A stretch of 32,000 nt of DNA, taken from Demequinaceae bacterium (GTDB taxonomy: Bacteria; Actinomycetota; Actinomycetes; Actinomycetales; Demequinaceae). Location: NCBI GenBank assembly GCA_965250005.1, contig OZ252279.1, positions 180,001 to 212,000 of the forward strand. Direction: 5' to 3'. A program made the translations under genes and the position numbers. Below are positions 29,582 to 32,000 of the stretch, piece by piece (within the stretch, counting starts at the first letter, position 1; each line of letters starts with the position of its first letter). The notes under the pieces are model-generated. The model was not told the origin of the DNA. It saw only the letters and a program-made list of their open reading frames with translations, and did not search any database.

Positions 29582-30310
29582 GTGACCGACCAAGCCGCTG
29601 CCATTCAGTTCCGCTCCGACGTTTCTGTGGAGCTTGTCCGCTCGAACGCCGACGACGCCGACGTGCTGTTCGCCGCGCGCGTGTCCACCAAGGGCGAGCA
29701 GTCGCTCAAGGACGTGAACGCGGACCCGTCCACGAGCGCCGGGCTCATCAACTACCTGATGCGCGACCGCCACGGCAGCCCCTTCGAGCACAACTCCATG
29801 ACCTGGTACGTTCAGGCGCCCATCTTCGTTTTCCGCGAGTTCATGCGCCACCGCATCGCCTCGTACAACGAAGAATCGGGACGCTACCGCCAGCTCCAGC
29901 CCACGTTCTACTTTCCCGGCCCGCAGCGCAAACTGGTCCAGGTAGGCAAGCCCGGCGCGTACACGTTTGAGGACGGCAGCGCCGAACAGCACGCGCTCGC
30001 GGAGTCCGAGATCAAGGCGTCCTGCACCCAGGCGTACGAGTCCTATCTGCGAATGTTGGAGGCCGGAATCGCGCGCGAGGTAGCCCGCGCCGTGCTGCCC
30101 GTGACCATCTACTCGTCCATGTACGTCACCATGAACGCCCGCGCGCTCATGAACTTCTTGTCCCTGCGCACCACGCGCGAGGGCACCCACTTCCCATCGT
30201 TTCCGCAGCGCGAGATCGAAATGGTCGCAGAGAAGATGGAAGACGGCTGGGCTGAGCTCATGCCCATGACGTACGAGGCGTTCAACAAGTCCGGCCGCGT
30301 CGCGCCGTGA
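29582..30310 (+). CDS. thyX: FAD-dependent thymidylate synthase ThyX
   Basis: LFAARVSTKGEQS, FVFREFMRHRIASYNEESGRYR (ThyX motif RHRxxSxNxxSxR), MNARALMNFLSLRT. Confidence 0.96.
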   Translation: MTDQAAAIQFRSDVSVELVRSNADDADVLFAARVSTKGEQSLKDVNADPSTSAGLINYLMRDRHGSPFEHNSMTWYVQAPIFVFREFMRHRIASYNEESGRYRQLQPTFYFPGPQRKLVQVGKPGAYTFEDGSAEQHALAESEIKASCTQAYESYLRMLEAGIAREVARAVLPVTIYSSMYVTMNARALMNFLSLRTTREGTHFPSFPQREIEMVAEKMEDGWAELMPMTYEAFNKSGRVAP

Positions 30311-30660
30311 GTCGCGGTCAGGCGCGCGGCGGCGCGGCGGCGATCGTGGCGGGTTTGTTGCTGGCGACCGCCTCGCTCGCTGGGTGCAGCACCCTCGACG
30401 CATACGACGTGGTGAACGGTTGCTCGGTCCCGATTGAGGTCACACTCGACCAGCCGGGTAACTCGACGCGCTCCTCTGACGCGACGCTCGCGCCCGGCGC
30501 AAGCGAGGTGCTTGACAGTGTGGGCCCGCCCAGCGCCGCCCTCTATGTGAAGGCCGATGGTGCGGACGCGTGGGCCCACCAGATCCCGGGTGGCGAGCTG
30601 CCGGGCTACGACCCTGACGGCCCCGCGACCTACGTGGTCGAGGGCGAGTACTGCCCGTAG
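30307..30660 (+). CDS. Hypothetical lipoprotein
   Basis: GTG start overlapping the thyX stop; AAIVAGLLLATASLAGCST lipobox; no recognised domain. Confidence 0.65.
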   Translation: MSRGQARGGAAAIVAGLLLATASLAGCSTLDAYDVVNGCSVPIEVTLDQPGNSTRSSDATLAPGASEVLDSVGPPSAALYVKADGADAWAHQIPGGELPGYDPDGPATYVVEGEYCP

Positions 30661-30800
30661 GCCCTTGGCTTGCGGCCAACGGTGGGACACGTGGTAGGCA
30701 TGGTTACCGCGGAATTTCTGACGAGTACAGCAGGTTCGACCGATCACAGCCGAACCGGACCCTGCGTCGACGCCGGGTCCCCGATAAACCAGGAGCGCTC

Positions 30801-31250
30801 ATGTCAGATCCGCAAGACAAGTTTCCCATCCCGAGTGAGGGCATGATCGTCACGCACCTCGTCATCTCGGACGATGTCCCCAAAACCACCCACTTCTATG
30901 GCGAACTGCTCGGCGGCGAAGTGACGATGGACATGGACGGTGCGTTCTCGGCGGTCAAGCTCGCGAACACGTGGGTCCTGATCGTCGGCGGCGGGGGAGG
31001 AACCCCGGACAAGCCAGACGTGACGCTCGCGCCACCGGCCGACATTAACCTGTTCCACGCGTTCATGAACATCCGCGTTGCGGACATCGACGCTGTCCAC
31101 AAGGAGTGGTCGGCCAAGGGCGTCGAGTTCATTACGGAGCCGCTCGACAATCGCGGCATGGAGATGCGTTGCTACATCCGCGACCCCGATGGCCGGATCA
31201 TCGAAGTCGGCCAGTCCACGGGAATGAACGACTTCCTCGCGAACGCCTAG
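30801..31250 (+). CDS. VOC-family (glyoxalase/bleomycin resistance-like) protein
   Basis: THLVISDDVPKTTHFYGELLGGEVTMDMDGAFSAVKLANTWVLIV and ITEPLDNRGMEMRCYIRDPDGRIIEVGQST. Confidence 0.88.
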   Translation: MSDPQDKFPIPSEGMIVTHLVISDDVPKTTHFYGELLGGEVTMDMDGAFSAVKLANTWVLIVGGGGGTPDKPDVTLAPPADINLFHAFMNIRVADIDAVHKEWSAKGVEFITEPLDNRGMEMRCYIRDPDGRIIEVGQSTGMNDFLANA

Positions 31251-31344
31251 CGCGACGGTCGCTCCGTTGCCACCAGCAGGCCGGAGCGAAACCTGAGACG
31301 CTTGTACCTGATCGACACGTCCGCCGCGGCGGACGTCGTTGGTC

Positions 31345-32000
31345 CTACCAGCCCAGTTGCGGTTCCACGTAATAGTTAATTCCCAGGGCGTCGAGATGCG
31401 CCCGTAGCGCACCCAATCTTTGGGCGAATTGGCTGTAGTCCCGGTTGGCCTCTGTGGTCCAAGCCAACTCGGCGATCGCAGCCATGCGCGGCCACATCCG
31501 GTTGTCGGCCGCGTCAATGCTCTCCACACGCTCTGACCACATCGCGCCCTCGACGCCCATGACGTTCGAGTAACTCTGGGGATTCATGCTGTACGCGCGC
31601 TCTAGCGAGACGCCGTCGGCGCTGCACCACGTGTACGTATTGGGCTGGCCGGGGAAGTTCCCGTGGTCGAAGTAGGTGTAACTGCATGGAGACAGCACTT
31701 GCTGGATGCCACGGTCAAGTGCGGGCTGGATGTTGTAATTGTCGTTCCACAGTTGCAGCAAACCTGACGTCCGAATCTCGCCGGCGGATGCTTCCTCCCA
31801 CGCGACGATCTTGCGCCCTAGGTCCGCGGCGATGGCGTCGACCCTTTCGATGAACTCGGGGTACAGCGGATCGGCGATTTCGTCGCCGCCGATGTGGATG
31901 TACTCCGAGGGGAAGATTTCTGTGACTTCCCGAAGAACGTCCTCGACGAACGGGTAAATGACGTCGGGCTTCGTCAGGCACAACTTGCTGAAGCCCACCT
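31345..32000 (-). CDS. Glycoside hydrolase family 20 beta-N-acetylhexosaminidase, C-terminal part, 5' end outside window
   Basis: PSEYIHIGGDEIADPLYPEF (GH20 H-x-G-G-D-E motif), VMGVEGAMWSERVESIDAADNRMWPRMAAIAELAWT; frame open to the window edge. Confidence 0.9.
   Translation of the reverse strand, partial: VGFSKLCLTKPDVIYPFVEDVLREVTEIFPSEYIHIGGDEIADPLYPEFIERVDAIAADLGRKIVAWEEASAGEIRTSGLLQLWNDNYNIQPALDRGIQQVLSPCSYTYFDHGNFPGQPNTYTWCSADGVSLERAYSMNPQSYSNVMGVEGAMWSERVESIDAADNRMWPRMAAIAELAWTTEANRDYSQFAQRLGALRAHLDALGINYYVEPQLGW

Noticed and set aside
28778-30403. 541-aa minus-strand ORF spanning azlC and the whole of thyX
   Set aside because: Only the last 255 aa are AzlC-like; the rest is antisense to the well-supported thyX gene and is a product of high GC content.
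31259-31289. TCGCTCCG...CGGAGCGA inverted repeat between the VOC gene and the GH20 gene
   Set aside because: Only 8 bp of stem with a 15-nt loop and no T-tract; too weak to call a terminator from sequence alone.

Overview
High-GC actinobacterial chromosome segment. It is largely a housekeeping backbone: ispG (5' end cut by the window) - DUF4081-type GNAT - proS - DUF4439 lipoprotein - rimP - nusA - ylxR/rnpM - infB - rbfA - truB - ribF - rpsO - pnp - M16 peptidase - dapB - thyX. Accessory genes interrupt this backbone: a VanY-like M15 carboxypeptidase, an exported ankyrin-repeat lipoprotein, three paralogous small Septum_form-like lipoproteins, a glutamate/glutamine-type ABC transporter between ribF and rpsO, a DUF4914-like protein with an HprK-like P-loop between pnp and the M16 peptidase, an AzlCD exporter, a VOC protein and a partial GH20 hexosaminidase. 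The clearest structural signals are: (1) one Septum_form-like gene cut off at its 3' end by an IS3-family element whose own orfB-side terminus also seems to be missing; (2) a 555-bp-period tandem duplication of another Septum_form-like gene that carries a copy of the 3' end of the convergent DUF4439 gene; (3) two long perfect GC-rich hairpins, at gluB/gluC and after pnp. I found no CRISPR array, tRNA, rRNA, recognisable defence island or biosynthetic cluster, and no convincing new multi-gene system. The DUF4914 protein and the lipoprotein cluster are the best leads.
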